Source: Candidatus Andersenbacteria bacterium RIFCSPHIGHO2_02_FULL_46_16
Lineage (GTDB): Bacteria; Patescibacteriota; Andersenbacteria; UBA10190
Assembly (NCBI GenBank): GCA_001817065.1
Contig: MHHQ01000005.1
Location: forward strand, 18,651-82,650
Direction of reading: 5' to 3'
DNA: 64,000 nt
Shown here: piece after piece, positions 20,143-30,317 of the stretch
How the letters are laid out: every line of letters starts with the position of its first letter
Position numbering within the stretch: position 1 is the first letter of the stretch
Notes under the pieces: model-generated
Told to the model about the DNA's origin: nothing
The model's input: the letters and a program-made list of their open reading frames with translations, nothing else
Databases searched by the model: none
Made by a program: the position numbers and the translations under genes

Positions 20143-21135
20143 ATGCCAAAGGTTATAATTATCATAATATTTGCAGTTTTGGTACTGGGCATTATATTGG
20201 GTGGGTCTTTTTTAGTGTGGCAACAATTTGGTGGATCTAATACGGCAGGAGAAACGCCGATCCAGGATAACACCGGCGCTTTGTTTGGCACATTACCGTC
20301 CGCGGAACAGACCCAGAACCAACCGACCGATGGAGCCTTACTTGATACGGGAGATAACGATCAAGACGGTTTAACAAATAGCGAGGAGCAGGTTTGGGGG
20401 ACGGACATTAATAATCCCGATACCGATGGGGACGGTTATTTAGACGGAGAGGAAGTAGTGGCAAACCATGATCCAAATAAACCCGCACCGGATGATTTAT
20501 TGGCGCCAACCCAGACTACCCAACTTACCGCAAACCAAGTACCAGCACCGCTGACTAATTTGACGACTGCCAGTATTGAACGATTCTTTGCAGACGATGT
20601 GGATTTATCCGGAGAACCAATAAATTTAACTACCGAGTATAACAACCAATACGCGGAGACTGATCGTTCCCCGGCAACCATGAGCGAATTTGCGGCAAGA
20701 CAAGTCGTCATTACAAAATTACCCAGACCGCAGGATAGCGCGCTGCCTGAGACCAAAGAAACAACGCCGGCATTGGTTGAGCAATACCTAACAATTGCCA
20801 ACAACCCCTCAGCGTTAGCTAATTCCAGTATTTATTCGGACGCACAGTTTGAGCTTTATCGAAACAACAACGCTGGCGCGATGAGCAATATTGCCAATAC
20901 AGTAAGATCGTATCGAACAGGTTTACAAAATGCGTCGGTGCCGGCGATAGCAGCACCCGTCCATATTTTGCTATTAGGATATACAGAGCTGCTGACGAAT
21001 ACTTTTGAGAAAATAGCTTTATGGAACGAGGATCCGGTGACGTCGATGGTTGCATCAAGACAATTAGAGGCGATAGACAGAACATATTATCCAATTATTC
21101 AAAATGAACTGCAGCGCCTGGAGGCTTTGCAGTAG
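20143..21135 (+). CDS. Membrane-anchored protein with DxDxDG (TSP3-like) Ca-binding repeats
   Basis: N-terminal TM; DNDQDGLTNSEE…DTDGDGYLDGEEV. Confidence 0.8.
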   Translation: MPKVIIIIIFAVLVLGIILGGSFLVWQQFGGSNTAGETPIQDNTGALFGTLPSAEQTQNQPTDGALLDTGDNDQDGLTNSEEQVWGTDINNPDTDGDGYLDGEEVVANHDPNKPAPDDLLAPTQTTQLTANQVPAPLTNLTTASIERFFADDVDLSGEPINLTTEYNNQYAETDRSPATMSEFAARQVVITKLPRPQDSALPETKETTPALVEQYLTIANNPSALANSSIYSDAQFELYRNNNAGAMSNIANTVRSYRTGLQNASVPAIAAPVHILLLGYTELLTNTFEKIALWNEDPVTSMVASRQLEAIDRTYYPIIQNELQRLEALQ

Positions 21136-21144
21136 TGATAAGCT

Positions 21145-24100
21145 ATGACAATTCCAGTTTGGGGGCTGCTCGGTGTTTTTACTTCGACATTTGTGGCGCC
21201 ATTTGTAAGTGCTGTGGCACCAATCCCGCTCGCCCTACCGCAAACGGTTCGCTATGACGAATATATAGCCAATCAAATTGCCCGGGCGGAATTTTCTAGT
21301 GATCCACAACATTTATTATCAATATATAAGACAGCGGGTCAGGCGGAAGGACGGAAAGGAGAGCAAGGGCCCTTCATCACAGCTTTTATTTATAGCGGCA
21401 GTACTTGCAGCACTATTGGAGACGAGCAAAGTTATCGGATTGTACTACACAATATCGGCAATGAAACAGCTCAATCGATATCGGTGCAGAATTTGTACCC
21501 GGAATACACTAGCTTACTGAGGGCTGAACCAGAAGCCGAACATGACTCTACACAAAGATTGTTGACGTGGGGGGGGCAAGAATTAGCTAGCGGCGGCACG
21601 CTTACTTTCTACTTCAGCGTTAAAACAGAACAAGCAGCCGCGGGTTATCTCGATAACCTAACAGTCTATTACGGAGGAGGGGATAACGGTATGAAAGTTA
21701 CTATTGGCGAGCGGGCATTGTCGGGTGTTTGTACGGTAACAGACAGTATTAGAAGTTTTATAGCTGGCCGAGCGGCCCCTAAACCAGCGATTCTTTGTGA
21801 TCCAGCAGAACAAGGATGCTCCTCGAATTATCAAGGAGTAGGGCTGGGCCCTAATTACCGACGAGCCTTGCAACCGGGGAATCAACCTACCATCTGCTCG
21901 CTACATGACAAACAACTACGGCAAGGCCAAGTGATACCGTGTAGAGATAATCTGCCGCAATTAGGCCCCATGTTTGCTGAGGCGATGGCTGATATTCTAC
22001 CGGGGGAGTGCCGAACGTTAGAAGATAATCGTGTGGTTCAACCGGGTATGAACGATGCTTTGAATCGTCGAAGTAAACCGGCGGCTTATTACATGGGCCC
22101 ATTAAATGGTGTCGCTGTATATGAGAGCGGCAATGACTTTAAAAGAGTGGTGCATGAGAATTCTTTACTAGGCATCAAGAATCTGGACGGGGTTCGTGAT
22201 GTTTTAATGCCAGTGCATATAAGTAACTGGGGAGAATTTGTGAAGATAGCCCGTAATGTTTACTCGGGCAGCATGGATCCCGATGCAGCCGTGGCGGACA
22301 TGCAAGGGAGAAAGGCTACATGGGAAAGTAATGTTCAGTCACAGCATTCCTCACTTAATACCGCCTATGCCGTAGTGCAGAACGCACGAAAAAATAATTT
22401 TAAAAGCATTCTGTGCGGTGGATCCAATTTGTCTGATGTAAATACATGTAAACTGCTGTCCAATGCGCAGAGTACCATTCGCGCTGCCTGTTGTGGTTTA
22501 GAGATTTTGCTGCAAACACGGGCAGATCTGGCTAAGGGTATTATCCCAGCTATACCTTATGACTGTCCCAAGGCCAGAGCGTTTGGAACCGGGGGTTTGG
22601 AAACCGGGTTACCGCAAGTATATGCGGCCTATGAAGAAAGCCTGAACAGCAGCTCTTTCCCGGCAGCTCAAAACAAGAGCTTGAATGATTATTCCCTAAT
22701 GCTAGATAGCTGGGAAAGCAGATTCGTCCCGGCAATTGATAAATATAAGTCAGGCGACAAAGAAGCAATGGTTCAATTTATCAATAAGATGCAAGAAGAT
22801 CAGGTGACAGTATTCGCGAATAGTCTAATGAAGGCTTATCGAGAACAGATGTTGGTTGATATTAATAATGACAATAAAATTCGTTTGGGTATCTATGAGG
22901 ACAAATTAAATAAACCAAAGGAAATCGCTACTTCTTGCGCTAAAGAACTGCCCAACGAATATGATACACCGGACATCCGGTCGGTGGAATTAACGATGTG
23001 CGAAAACGGCACGCCATCACAACCAGTGGTCGCTGAGGTAAACTTGCGGGAAGAAACAAATGAAATTTATTCTCGCCAGCCGATTGCCCCGCCGCTGATT
23101 ACTCAGGTACAGGTTACTATAGACCAACGGATGACTTTTGGTTCATCATGTTCCGGCCGGCCAGGGGACCCTTGGTGGGCAGCGGATTGTTCGTGTGATT
23201 GCGGTCAGGTTGTCCCGGTTTCCGAAGGCAGCTTACAGTTTTGCATGGCCGGACAGGGGTATTATACGGTGGGCGGTTTACCGCCACCGCCGGGATGGCC
23301 AAGACCAGATTACTTACCTCCCGGAATTCCAGAACCATACGTCTATAACAATGTGCCTAATAGCTTGGCAGGCTGGTGGCAAGCGATTAAATATTCAAGC
23401 CGACAGGGGCTGGTGGAATTTAGTATTAATAGAGTCGAAACGAAAAGCTTATCGCTGAAAAAGGCAACTGTGCTTTCATGGATTGGTGAAAAATTTGTAC
23501 AACCCGTTATGGCTCAAGTGGGGATAACTTCTCCGTTGTCTTCACCGCCGATGCCACCCGATCCACCGCCACTAGATCCCCTAGAAACTTTGCCAGCCGG
23601 CACATGCGGTGACGGAACAATAGACGCAAATGAGAGTTGTGACGCAGCAGCAGTACCAAACGGATGTCCTGCAGATAGCATTTGCAGTCTTTGTATATGT
23701 ACGATGGGTGCACCGTCAGTAACTCCTGTGTTTATTCCGACACAAGGAGTGTCTCCGGCGATGTCTCCAGTTAGTCCAGTACCTTCGGTCTCGCCAGCAG
23801 CATCAGCTTCTATACAGCCGACTATCACACCCAGTCCGTCTCCGCTGATTCCACCGACGGTCCCAATTGATCCAACACCGCCGATTACTCCGACAATCCC
23901 GCCCACTGTAACCCCAATGGTAACGTTAGAGCCACCCAGCTTAGCTCCGTCGACAGAAGCCTCTCCAGCTAGTCCGGCACCTACATTATCTCCGGCTGTT
24001 ACACCAACAATAGCTATATCGCCAAGTCCGTCTCCACTGATTACACCGACGGTCCCAATTGATCCAACACCGCCGATTCCTCCGACAGTGCTGCCCACGG

Positions 24101-24567
24101 TAAGTCCAATGGCATCTAGGTCACCTTCACCACTAATTAGCCAGTCACCGTCGCCGAGCCCATCTTCTTTGATGTCTCCATCGCCATCTTTGCCCCCCTG
24201 CCCCTCCGCGAGCCCGCAACCTAGTGTCAACCCGTCACCCAATATTAGCCCCTCTCCCTCCTCATTGCCTTTACCATCCACCAGCATCCAATCACCATCT
24301 CCGGAAATTGTTAATCCAATTGTCTGGCATGATATCTGGGTAACTTCGAAGGCAGAATGCTTAGCTAATTTCCAAGGCTGTCATCATTTCAATCCGAGCG
24401 GTAGTTGTGTAGAAGAGCCGTCACCACCGCCACCTCCACCTCCCTCGCCGGAGATTTCTCCCTCATCACCACCTCCCTCGCCGTCAACAAAACAGAGCCC
24501 GCAGCCATCCCCTGTGGTTTCGCCAAAGCTGTGCGTGAACCCCGACGGAACAGTTGTTTATTATTAA
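21145..24567 (+). CDS. Large secreted protein: DUF11-like Ig domain, Cys-rich segments, Pro/Ser/Thr stalk
   Basis: 1140 aa; YRIVLHNIGNETA…LTW…LTFYFSVK; CGDGTIDANESCD; internal ~65-bp duplication at 23833 and 24025. Confidence 0.75.
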   Translation: MTIPVWGLLGVFTSTFVAPFVSAVAPIPLALPQTVRYDEYIANQIARAEFSSDPQHLLSIYKTAGQAEGRKGEQGPFITAFIYSGSTCSTIGDEQSYRIVLHNIGNETAQSISVQNLYPEYTSLLRAEPEAEHDSTQRLLTWGGQELASGGTLTFYFSVKTEQAAAGYLDNLTVYYGGGDNGMKVTIGERALSGVCTVTDSIRSFIAGRAAPKPAILCDPAEQGCSSNYQGVGLGPNYRRALQPGNQPTICSLHDKQLRQGQVIPCRDNLPQLGPMFAEAMADILPGECRTLEDNRVVQPGMNDALNRRSKPAAYYMGPLNGVAVYESGNDFKRVVHENSLLGIKNLDGVRDVLMPVHISNWGEFVKIARNVYSGSMDPDAAVADMQGRKATWESNVQSQHSSLNTAYAVVQNARKNNFKSILCGGSNLSDVNTCKLLSNAQSTIRAACCGLEILLQTRADLAKGIIPAIPYDCPKARAFGTGGLETGLPQVYAAYEESLNSSSFPAAQNKSLNDYSLMLDSWESRFVPAIDKYKSGDKEAMVQFINKMQEDQVTVFANSLMKAYREQMLVDINNDNKIRLGIYEDKLNKPKEIATSCAKELPNEYDTPDIRSVELTMCENGTPSQPVVAEVNLREETNEIYSRQPIAPPLITQVQVTIDQRMTFGSSCSGRPGDPWWAADCSCDCGQVVPVSEGSLQFCMAGQGYYTVGGLPPPPGWPRPDYLPPGIPEPYVYNNVPNSLAGWWQAIKYSSRQGLVEFSINRVETKSLSLKKATVLSWIGEKFVQPVMAQVGITSPLSSPPMPPDPPPLDPLETLPAGTCGDGTIDANESCDAAAVPNGCPADSICSLCICTMGAPSVTPVFIPTQGVSPAMSPVSPVPSVSPAASASIQPTITPSPSPLIPPTVPIDPTPPITPTIPPTVTPMVTLEPPSLAPSTEASPASPAPTLSPAVTPTIAISPSPSPLITPTVPIDPTPPIPPTVLPTVSPMASRSPSPLISQSPSPSPSSLMSPSPSLPPCPSASPQPSVNPSPNISPSPSSLPLPSTSIQSPSPEIVNPIVWHDIWVTSKAECLANFQGCHHFNPSGSCVEEPSPPPPPPPSPEISPSSPPPSPSTKQSPQPSPVVSPKLCVNPDGTVVYY

Positions 24568-24626
24568 TTTTTCTGAGGTCACCTTGTTAGTTAAATAATA
24601 TAAGATATAATAATTAAATAATCATT

Positions 24627-25367
24627 ATGAATGAAACAACAGAAGGAAATAACCCGTATCAATCACCGGTAGGAGATCCATTAGACCAGCGTTCGCCGCT
24701 GGGGGAGGAGGTAGAGCGAACGGGTCTTCGAATAGCGGTGGTAGTAGCGGTAGTTATATTAGTACTATTTGGGTTGTATTGGGGTGGTAAATTGCTGTTA
24801 ATGCCAGGAGAAAAGGAGACTCCTGGGGGGCAAGGTGGCGTAGAGGTTTCGGTGGGATCGAAATGCAGTGATCCAACTGTTTATACGGACATTAATGTGG
24901 CATTAAGTAACGCGGGAGCAGTGTGCAAGATAGATTTGAGCGGACAAAATTTACCGTCACTGCCTATTTCGATTGGCTATTTTTCAAACTTAGTAGAACT
25001 AGATGTAAGTAATAATGAAATCTCTTGGCTGCCATCGGAGATAGGGTGGCTACAAAAGTTAGAGAAATTTGATACCAGTAATAATAAACTGCCTTCTTTA
25101 GCGCTAGAAATAGGGTGGCTTCGCAAGTTGAAGGAATGGAATTTATCGAACAACCAACTCACTTGGTTACCAAGTGAAATTGGCTGGTTAGTAGAGATGG
25201 AGAATTTGAACTTGTCTAATAACCAACTTAGTGCTGTTCCAATAGATTTAGGTTGGATGGCTAAGATGCAAAAATTAGATTTGTCTGGCAACCCTCCGGA
25301 AGTGGCAGCGTCTGCCGACAGACTGAGGCCTTATATGGCCGGTGCAAATATTGTTTTACCGCAGTAG
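24627..25367 (+). CDS. Membrane-anchored leucine-rich-repeat protein
   Basis: TM followed by ~5 23-residue repeats L..LPSEIGWL..L..LDLSNN. Confidence 0.9.
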   Translation: MNETTEGNNPYQSPVGDPLDQRSPLGEEVERTGLRIAVVVAVVILVLFGLYWGGKLLLMPGEKETPGGQGGVEVSVGSKCSDPTVYTDINVALSNAGAVCKIDLSGQNLPSLPISIGYFSNLVELDVSNNEISWLPSEIGWLQKLEKFDTSNNKLPSLALEIGWLRKLKEWNLSNNQLTWLPSEIGWLVEMENLNLSNNQLSAVPIDLGWMAKMQKLDLSGNPPEVAASADRLRPYMAGANIVLPQ

Positions 25368-25374
25368 TTGTAAA

Positions 25375-25473
25375 CCCCCACACCCTAGCCTAAAGGCCAG
25401 GGCTTTTTAGCGGAGCTAATATAAAAACCGTTCATCACCGGCCTTAAAGGCCGGCGCTTCTTGGGTGTGGGGG
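25375..25473. mobile_element. ~100-bp miniature element with CCCCCACACCC/GGGTGTGGGGG ends, TAAA on both flanks and two internal hairpins
   Basis: taaa|cccccacaccc…gggtgtggggg|taaa; hairpins ccctagcctaaaggccaggg and ccggccttaaaggccgg. Confidence 0.65.
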
Positions 25474-25613
25474 TAAAATTTGGCTGGCTCAATGTTCAAC
25501 CTGGTGCATGTCAGGCGGTGTTGATTTAGCGATGGCTGGACAGTGAACAGATAGTCTTTGATTGCCATGCGCGATAGATTATACTGGAGCTTATTGATGG
25601 ATAATCTTGTACT

Positions 25614-26498
25614 ATGAATCCGATAAATAAAATGGGGTGGCGAGTAGTGGGGATGACGACAGTGGTTGTATTAGTTATAGCTGGGTTATATTGGGGAGGA
25701 CAGAAATGGCTTAAAGGAGACGGTGATCAAACAACGACACCAGGCGGGTCTTTGTCTTTGGCCGATAAAACGCGAGATAGCGATGGCGATGGGATGGCCG
25801 ATTTGTACGAAACAGCTTTCTATAGTACTAATCCCAATAGTGCTGATACAGACGGTGATGGAACGGGTGATCGGGACGAGGTGGTGGCTGGCCGAGATCC
25901 GCTGATTCCAGGTCCAAACGATGTCAGTAAGCCGGCAACGGGTGAGCAAATCACTCAAGTGGACACCTTTACCAAAAAATATTTGGCATCGTTGCCAGAG
26001 GATGTGCCGCGCGAACAGATTCTGGATCAAGTAAGAATAGAAGCGTTCGTCAATGCGAATAAGGGAGCATTGCTGCCACCGGTCACTATAACTACTTCAT
26101 CGAATGAGGGAAAAGAGGCAGTGCAGGCTTACTTGGATGCCGTATCCAGCACACATAATAAAGAGTTGCGTATTGTTACGAGCGCAGATGTTGAGGCGGC
26201 ATTCCGGCTGCTGATTAATACCCAAGACAAGCAGCCAATGCAGGGGATTGTTGATGTTTTACGAAAGAATGTAGTGATACTGCAAAAAGTCACAGCACCG
26301 AACGAGGTAGCAGGCTTGCACGAAAAGATGATCGCAGCGACAACCGCGCTCCAAATCAACAGCGAGGGATTACTTAATATTGACCAGGATTTTGTCGGCG
26401 GTTTGATTGCGGCGAAAAAAATCGAGGAACTAGGTGGGGTGTTTCAGGAGATGGCGACATCGGTTAAGGAATTGGAGACTAAGTATGGATTGGAATAA
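25614..26498 (+). CDS. Membrane-anchored DxDxDG-repeat protein, paralog of 20143..21135
   Basis: DSDGDGMADLYE…DTDGDGTGDRDEVVAGRDP; same architecture. Confidence 0.8.
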   Translation: MNPINKMGWRVVGMTTVVVLVIAGLYWGGQKWLKGDGDQTTTPGGSLSLADKTRDSDGDGMADLYETAFYSTNPNSADTDGDGTGDRDEVVAGRDPLIPGPNDVSKPATGEQITQVDTFTKKYLASLPEDVPREQILDQVRIEAFVNANKGALLPPVTITTSSNEGKEAVQAYLDAVSSTHNKELRIVTSADVEAAFRLLINTQDKQPMQGIVDVLRKNVVILQKVTAPNEVAGLHEKMIAATTALQINSEGLLNIDQDFVGGLIAAKKIEELGGVFQEMATSVKELETKYGLE

Positions 26499-26500
26499 AC

Positions 26501-26590
26501 GAAACATGCATAAAACACAGGGGACGAAACATGCACAAAGCACAGAACACAAAACCCAAACAAAGCACAAAACTAACAGACCAAACAAAT
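26501..26590 (+). repeat. AC-rich intergenic repeat (one partial and one full copy)
   Basis: gaaacatgcataaaacacag at 26501; gaaacatgcacaaagcacagaacacaaaacccaaacaaagcacaaaa at 26526. Confidence 0.8.
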
Positions 26591-26620
26591 ATACCGGTAA
26601 TTTTTAAGGAAGAATGGAAA

Positions 26621-28360
26621 ATGGAAATAAGGAAACAAGAAAAAGAATATCGGAAAAAACTAAGCGTCGGGGCGCTAGTTTTGGGTTTAGTGGCTTTAAG
26701 CATGACGGCGGACGTACGTGATGCCTGGGCCGATCCGCATGGGATATTTTATACAGCAATCGGGCAACAACAATTGTTTTTTAACGTGTTAGCGGCACTG
26801 GATCAGGCCGACTATGTGGAAACAGCCTTTGATCGAGAAGCGCGCCGAAAAGCCCGGGAAGCAGTATCTGCCGAGCAGCCTTTTGCCAAAGAGACTGAGT
26901 CGGGCGGACGCTTTACAAAAGAAACAGAGGTGGCCAGCGATAGCGGATACTTAACACAGCCCGGCACACCGACATTGCTTAACCGAGCAGTGACTTTGGA
27001 TGGAGCAGACCTGTACACTGATCAGCTAGTGCGGGAATTCGGGGCGGAATCGGCGAGGCGTAACGCGGCAGCGGAGCTGCTGCAGACACTGTGCGCATAT
27101 GGGTTTGGTATTAAGGAATGTGATAATGAAATTAAACCAGGGCTAACACCTGAGCAGAGACAGGCCGAGGTCTTGGCTATGGAGCAGCGCCGGCGTGAAG
27201 CAGTAGTGGTAGATCCGTTGGAGTGGCAAGCTATGCCTGTTTTAAATGGTGTTTTAGCCGCATTGAATTCGGGAACAGAGGAGGATGAGACTGAACGAGC
27301 TTTAAGATGGGTATTTCAGATTAATGAACCATATGCTTTTTCAAACGAAGTGGCGTTATGGCGTCAGCAAATAAACCAACTACCCGAGTTGGAAAGACCA
27401 GCGCATCTGGCAACGCTGCAAGGGATGATTGATGAAGTGGCAACGCAATATATGCCAGATAAATCAGTGTCTTGGCCGTTTTTAGAAATTAAAACCGAGG
27501 CGGACGGAAGTGGCTCTTATAGACATCTTATATGGAACCCTATTAGCGCTTCTGATTGTTGGCCTAATAATAGGCGCACTGTCCCTTGTTTGGAATACAA
27601 CTACGGCGAAGCATTGTCTCAGGCTGGTTTGCCCACAGACGTAGCGTCTTATGTGAAAAGAGTTAATGATGCCATTTTTAGCGATTCGTCAAGACTAAGC
27701 AATGTAGCTTCAGAAGCATTTAAAAGAGTGGAATATCAACAAGGTTTGATAGAAAATGAGGGTTTGTTGGCGGACGCGAACCTAAAAAGCAATCCACCTC
27801 CTTCTCCGTCGCCGGACGTAACGCCGTTATCAAGTTACGGGGAATTATCGTTGCTGATTAATAATCCGGTAGCAGCGCGGAAAGCTAGCGTTTATGGCAT
27901 ACCAAACGTACTGGGGCAACTAGCGACCAGCCAGCAAGCCAGTTCGTTAACAGGCTTGGATAATCCGGGAGGCGTGCAATTAGTGAAAAGAAGCGGCAGC
28001 AGCGGTACGCCGGGGAGCGGAGAGCCGGAATGCAGTAATGGAGTAAATGACGACGGTGATAATTATATTGATTACCCGCTGGATCCGGAATGTGCTAGTG
28101 CAACCGACACTTCAGAAAGCCAGTCGGGACCGCAAGCCGCGGCGAGCAACACCGGCCCGCAGGTGGCTGGAGCGCTGGATTTATTATTTAAGCCCAGTGA
28201 GAATTTCTTTGATAAAGATAAGGATCCGACCTCTCCGTCGGCTAATATAATTTCACCAATACTGGAGTTTGGCGCACGCCATGCCTTGCGGGTAATGACC
28301 GCTGGCAAGTGGCGGCCGGGGACAACTGCTGGTGTTACGTGCGGATTTACGTGTGATTAA
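26621..28360 (+). CDS. Secreted hypothetical protein with a CSNGVNDDGDNYIDYPLDPEC Ca/Cys motif (ORF-track start at 26531 lies inside the repeat; ~26621 is more likely)
   Basis: Signal-like GALVLGLVALSMTADVRDAWA; translationally coupled to the next gene (TAATG). Confidence 0.7.
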   Translation: MEIRKQEKEYRKKLSVGALVLGLVALSMTADVRDAWADPHGIFYTAIGQQQLFFNVLAALDQADYVETAFDREARRKAREAVSAEQPFAKETESGGRFTKETEVASDSGYLTQPGTPTLLNRAVTLDGADLYTDQLVREFGAESARRNAAAELLQTLCAYGFGIKECDNEIKPGLTPEQRQAEVLAMEQRRREAVVVDPLEWQAMPVLNGVLAALNSGTEEDETERALRWVFQINEPYAFSNEVALWRQQINQLPELERPAHLATLQGMIDEVATQYMPDKSVSWPFLEIKTEADGSGSYRHLIWNPISASDCWPNNRRTVPCLEYNYGEALSQAGLPTDVASYVKRVNDAIFSDSSRLSNVASEAFKRVEYQQGLIENEGLLADANLKSNPPPSPSPDVTPLSSYGELSLLINNPVAARKASVYGIPNVLGQLATSQQASSLTGLDNPGGVQLVKRSGSSGTPGSGEPECSNGVNDDGDNYIDYPLDPECASATDTSESQSGPQAAASNTGPQVAGALDLLFKPSENFFDKDKDPTSPSANIISPILEFGARHALRVMTAGKWRPGTTAGVTCGFTCD

Positions 28361-30297
28361 TGATTATGAGGATTATTAGAAACAATATTGCTCTACCCCC
28401 ATACCAGACAATTTCATCAGTCAGGGCAGTGATGGGTGATGGGCTCTTTCATTCCTATAAGAAAGCCTCGTTTTTTAGCCTGTGGTATGGTGGTTTAATT
28501 GTTTTGATACTGGTTTGTTTGGTTGGTTTAAGACCAGCGTTAGCGCAGGAATTAGCACCGGTTGATCTTGATGTGCCTAGGTTGGCGCATGAGACGCAGA
28601 GTGAGCTTATTGCTCTGGGTTGCGAAGAAGTGGATCTTACAAACAAACAGGCTTTGCTAGCGGCCAGAGCGCAGAGCTGGCAACTAATAATACCGGTTGA
28701 TGCTAATGGGAATAGCATGACGTTCTGTTCTATACAGGCAGTAGAAAAATTGCAGCCGTTGAGAGGAGGACAAGTTAAACAAGCCGCGACTGGTTGGCGT
28801 GAAGTATTAGGAAGAATTGGTCTTTTTGGTTTTGATGCCACTTCTTTTCTTCTAACGGGCTCGATTGGTTGGCTTTTTACTTTAGGTGCTCAAATAGGTG
28901 GTTCCGTGTTTAGTTACACTATTTTGCTTTTAACACCGTTGTTTCTTGTTTCTGAGCATATAACAAACAGTACTGTGAGAAGCCTCTGGCCGATAGTTCT
29001 GGGCATAGTTAATCTTGGATTTATGTTAGCTTTGGTTTTTATTGCACTGACAACAGTCTTACGGTTAGAGGTTGGCGGTGGAGTAAGGCGGTCACTGCCA
29101 CGCTTGTTGCTAGCAGCGCTGTTAGTAAATTTTAGTTTAGTGATAGCCGGCGTAGTAATTGATTTTACACGATTGTTAATAAGGGTCTTGGCGGTTGTTT
29201 TCTCGGTGCCTGATCTTACTAGTGACTTGCCTGGTCTTTTAGAGCCAGCTGGTAATTTCGGTCCCATATATGAGGCATTGAAAACCGTGGGGCCGACGTG
29301 GTCATCATCAACTAATGCTCTTAGGGCTTTTATTGGTATGTTAATTGTCTGGATGGTGGCTAGCTCGGGGTTGGTGCTTTTGTTCAATTTGGCAATGCGG
29401 TACATAATGTTGCTTGGTTTGTTGATAGTTTCCCCGTTCGCCTATTTGTTTGTGGCTCTGCCAAATACAGCTAAATTGGCTGGTTTATGGTGGTCATCGT
29501 TTTTTAAATATGTTTTTTATGCGCCAGCAGCACTGTTGATATTGCTGCTAGTTGGGAAGATGAGTCAGATGTCTCTCCCCGGAATCACCGATGGGGTTGC
29601 AAGTGGTTTGGTAAGTGTAATGTTTTTGACCGTCGGTTTTATCGCGGCAGCTCGTGCCGGTAAGTATGCGGGCATTGCGGGATCAGCGGCGATGATTAGT
29701 TTTGCACAAAAAACGGGGCAAAAAGGGAGAAATTTGATGTATAGGGGAGCAAGGGGAATGGGTAGGGGATACATGGCAGCCACAGGGGCTCGAGCTGCCA
29801 CTAAGTATGCTGGTGCGCAGATTGGTTTATTTGGCCGGACGGCCGGTAAAAACCTGTTGTCTTACATTCCTGGTGCGGGCAAAGCAGCAAAGACAAAGGG
29901 TGGCCCGATGGCCGATCGCTTGTTACCAAGTAAAGGTGAACGACAAGCTCGGGCTGCGGCAGTTACGGCGGCCAGGGCTGGTAATTATAATGACCCGTCT
30001 TTGGGATCATCTAGATTGGCAAACAGCGTTGTTGGCGCTCATTTAGCTAGGCAGGCAGGACCTCAGCTTGCAAATATGGGCGCAGTGGGTACCGCAAGCC
30101 AAATTAATGCGGCAGTTAAGAATAAAGAATTAGTTAGAAATTTGGACGATACACAAAGGGCTAATTTAGAAGCTCAAATATTAGTTAATACGTCTTTCAG
30201 TGTTGCCCCAGAAGAAAATGAGAAAGTACGGCAGAGGTTGATCAATGAGTTGAATAACACAATAAGAGACGTTGAATCAAAAGACTATAAAGCCTAA
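28360..30297 (+). CDS. Polytopic membrane protein, VirB6/TrbL-like (CPR T4SS type)
   Basis: WPIVLGIVNLGF…LPRLLLAALLVNFSLVIAGVVID…RYIMLLGLLIVSPFAYL…WWSSF; Ala/Gly-rich basic tail; neighbours PrgI and VirB4. Confidence 0.7.
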   Translation: MIMRIIRNNIALPPYQTISSVRAVMGDGLFHSYKKASFFSLWYGGLIVLILVCLVGLRPALAQELAPVDLDVPRLAHETQSELIALGCEEVDLTNKQALLAARAQSWQLIIPVDANGNSMTFCSIQAVEKLQPLRGGQVKQAATGWREVLGRIGLFGFDATSFLLTGSIGWLFTLGAQIGGSVFSYTILLLTPLFLVSEHITNSTVRSLWPIVLGIVNLGFMLALVFIALTTVLRLEVGGGVRRSLPRLLLAALLVNFSLVIAGVVIDFTRLLIRVLAVVFSVPDLTSDLPGLLEPAGNFGPIYEALKTVGPTWSSSTNALRAFIGMLIVWMVASSGLVLLFNLAMRYIMLLGLLIVSPFAYLFVALPNTAKLAGLWWSSFFKYVFYAPAALLILLLVGKMSQMSLPGITDGVASGLVSVMFLTVGFIAAARAGKYAGIAGSAAMISFAQKTGQKGRNLMYRGARGMGRGYMAATGARAATKYAGAQIGLFGRTAGKNLLSYIPGAGKAAKTKGGPMADRLLPSKGERQARAAAVTAARAGNYNDPSLGSSRLANSVVGAHLARQAGPQLANMGAVGTASQINAAVKNKELVRNLDDTQRANLEAQILVNTSFSVAPEENEKVRQRLINELNNTIRDVESKDYKA

Positions 30298-30317
30298 TCT
30301 TGTGCAGATTGTTTAAT

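Noticed and set aside
23514..24287. 257-aa Gly-rich minus-strand ORF
   Set aside because: Antisense shadow of the Pro/Ser/Thr-rich stalk of 21145..24567.
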